DNA of 64,000 nt, taken from contig CAVUQH010000004.1 in the NCBI GenBank assembly GCA_963743525.1, forward strand, positions 352,001-416,000, written 5' to 3'. Under the pieces are notes generated by a model, which did not search any database, was not told where the DNA came from, and was given only the letters and a program-made list of their open reading frames with translations. This stretch comes from an uncultured delta proteobacterium (lineage in GTDB: Bacteria; Myxococcota_A; Polyangia; Haliangiales; Haliangiaceae). A program made the translations under genes and the position numbers. Shown here one piece after another: positions 62,350-64,000 of this stretch (the first letter of the stretch is position 1; each line of letters starts with the position of its first letter).

Positions 62350-64000
62350 GACCGGCGGCCGGATGGATCGCCGCGGCGGCGCTGGGCGTGGCCGCCTGCT
62401 TCGCTGTGCCGCGGTCGCTGCCGGCGCCGAGCCTGCCCGACCAGGGCTTCGAGTACCGCCAGGAGGTGCAGACGTTCGACCTGACCAACGGCGCGCGCCT
62501 GGCCGTGATCGCCGAGCACGACGCCAACCTGGTCGAGGTGGACGTTCGCTACCGCACCGGCGCCGTCGAGGATCCGCAAGGCAAGGAGGGCCTGGCCCAC
62601 CTGGTCGAGCACTTGATGTTCAGCCTGCGCGACGGCCCCGACGCGCCGACGCTCGGCGATCGCCTGGCGGCGGTGGCGCTCGACTTCAACGCCTACACCA
62701 GCTGGGACGAGACGCACTACGTCGAGATCGCGCCGGCCGGGTCGTTGCCGCAGCTGCTCGCGCTGGAGCACAAGCGATTCGCCGCCGACTGCGCGCAGAT
62801 CGACGACGAGATCCTCGACCGCGAGCGCGACGTCGTCATTCAGGAGATCCTCCAGCGCGGCGACGCCGCCGGTCGGGTCGCCGCCGCGGTCTTCGGTGAC
62901 GACCATCCCTACGGCCGCCGGATCGGCGGCACGCCCGAGAGCTTGCGCGCGATCACCCGCGACGATGTGTGTGACTTCCTCGCCGCGGGCTACGCCCCCG
63001 ACCGGGCCATCGTGGTGATCAGCGGCGCCGTCGACGCGGGATGGGTTCGCGGCCTGGCCGACGACAGCCTGGGAGCGATACCGGCGCGCATCGGGCGGCC
63101 GCGCGCGCCGGTGACGCCGATGACGGCGCGCCCGCCGATACACGTTGCCCTGCCGGTCGACCCACCGACCGCGCTGATCGCCTTTCCCGCCGCGCCACCG
63201 GTCACCGAACAGGGCGCGCGGCTGTCGGTGCTGGCCGACCTGTTGCGGCACCGCCTGGCCGCGCAGGACGCGATCGGCCGGGTGTCGGTGTTGCAGGTTG
63301 GTGGCGATCGGGACCCGGCGCTGGTGTTCGCGCTGGTGCCCGCACGCCCGGGCGCCGTCGACGTGATGCCCGACCGCTTCTTCACCGAGGTCGAAAAGCT
63401 GCGCAGGGAGCTCGATCCGATCGAGCTGGAGTGGGCCAGGACGCGGTGCCGGGTCGAGCTGATGAGCTCGCGCGAGGCGCTGCCGCGCCGGGCGTCGCGA
63501 GTCGCTGATGCCCTGCAGTACGACCCCGGGCGACCGCCGCTCTACCACGAGCTGGGCGTGGTCAAGGACGTCACCGTCGCGTCGATCACCGAGCTCGCTG
63601 CGACGTTCCGCCGCGACCGCGCCCGGGTGGTGCTGACCCAGCGCGAGCCGACCGGCGCTGCGGTGGCGCGACTGGGCCAGCTGGGAGAGGGCCACGAGCA
63701 CGACATCGCGATCTGGCACCAGCCGGTCGATCCGGCCCGAGCGCGCGCGCCGATGGTCGCCCCGCATCGGCCGACGGTGACGCACCGCCGCGAGCTGACG
63801 CTCGACAACGGGCTGCGGGTGATCCTGGTGTCGGGGTTGCAGGAGGGTCTGGCCGACGTCCGGCTGCTGCTGCCGGCCGGCTACGACGACGCGCCCGGTG
63901 AGCCGGCGCTGCCGTTGCTCGCGGCCAACCTCCTCGGTTCGCCCGACCTGAGCCGCTATCGGATGCAGGACAACACCGCCTACTACGACGCGTTCGAGCG
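62346..64000 (+). CDS. M16-family (insulinase-like) zinc metallopeptidase, continues beyond window
   Basis: Manual translation: LTNG, GLAHLVEHLMF (HxxEH), FNAYTSWDET, ERDVVIQE, HPYGR, second LDNGLRV unit. Confidence 0.9.
   Translation, partial: MRPAAGWIAAAALGVAACFAVPRSLPAPSLPDQGFEYRQEVQTFDLTNGARLAVIAEHDANLVEVDVRYRTGAVEDPQGKEGLAHLVEHLMFSLRDGPDAPTLGDRLAAVALDFNAYTSWDETHYVEIAPAGSLPQLLALEHKRFAADCAQIDDEILDRERDVVIQEILQRGDAAGRVAAAVFGDDHPYGRRIGGTPESLRAITRDDVCDFLAAGYAPDRAIVVISGAVDAGWVRGLADDSLGAIPARIGRPRAPVTPMTARPPIHVALPVDPPTALIAFPAAPPVTEQGARLSVLADLLRHRLAAQDAIGRVSVLQVGGDRDPALVFALVPARPGAVDVMPDRFFTEVEKLRRELDPIELEWARTRCRVELMSSREALPRRASRVADALQYDPGRPPLYHELGVVKDVTVASITELAATFRRDRARVVLTQREPTGAAVARLGQLGEGHEHDIAIWHQPVDPARARAPMVAPHRPTVTHRRELTLDNGLRVILVSGLQEGLADVRLLLPAGYDDAPGEPALPLLAANLLGSPDLSRYRMQDNTAYYDAFE

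Overview
High-GC window whose gene content suggests a myxobacterium (Myxococcota; inferred from gene content only). 1-28.9 kb is core-like. It holds a DAG-kinase-family gene, a histidine kinase/NtrC-type sigma54 two-component pair followed by a small sigma54-driven transcript, tandem 2OG-Fe(II) oxygenase paralogs, an SLC13 permease, a maltodextrin-type ABC operon, GST, lspA, a CBS protein, an FAD monooxygenase, mltA, OsmC, a diheme cytochrome c plus cupredoxin, rpiA, PilZ, a GH13 amylase lipoprotein and large secreted proteins. 29.0-48.2 kb is a visibly lower-GC, all-minus-strand polymorphic toxin island. It begins with a ~2,760-aa signal-peptide-bearing SpvB/FG-GAP/Rhs toxin that carries two CBM-like domains inserted in the Rhs shell. 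Downstream are its immunity gene, an orphan HNH-like toxin/immunity cassette, an IS3 remnant, several orphan immunity-like genes, and three diverged copies of a translationally coupled lipoprotein pair interleaved with the cassettes. That arrangement is the best candidate here for an undescribed system. 48.4-64 kb holds lipoproteins, a peptide ABC system with two binding proteins, a GldA/F/G-DUF4340-type ABC cluster and an M16 peptidase. Five of eight apparent frameshifts fall exactly at GTCGAC sites, which suggests methylation-linked sequencing errors rather than pseudogenes. No rRNA, tRNA or CRISPR array was recognised.
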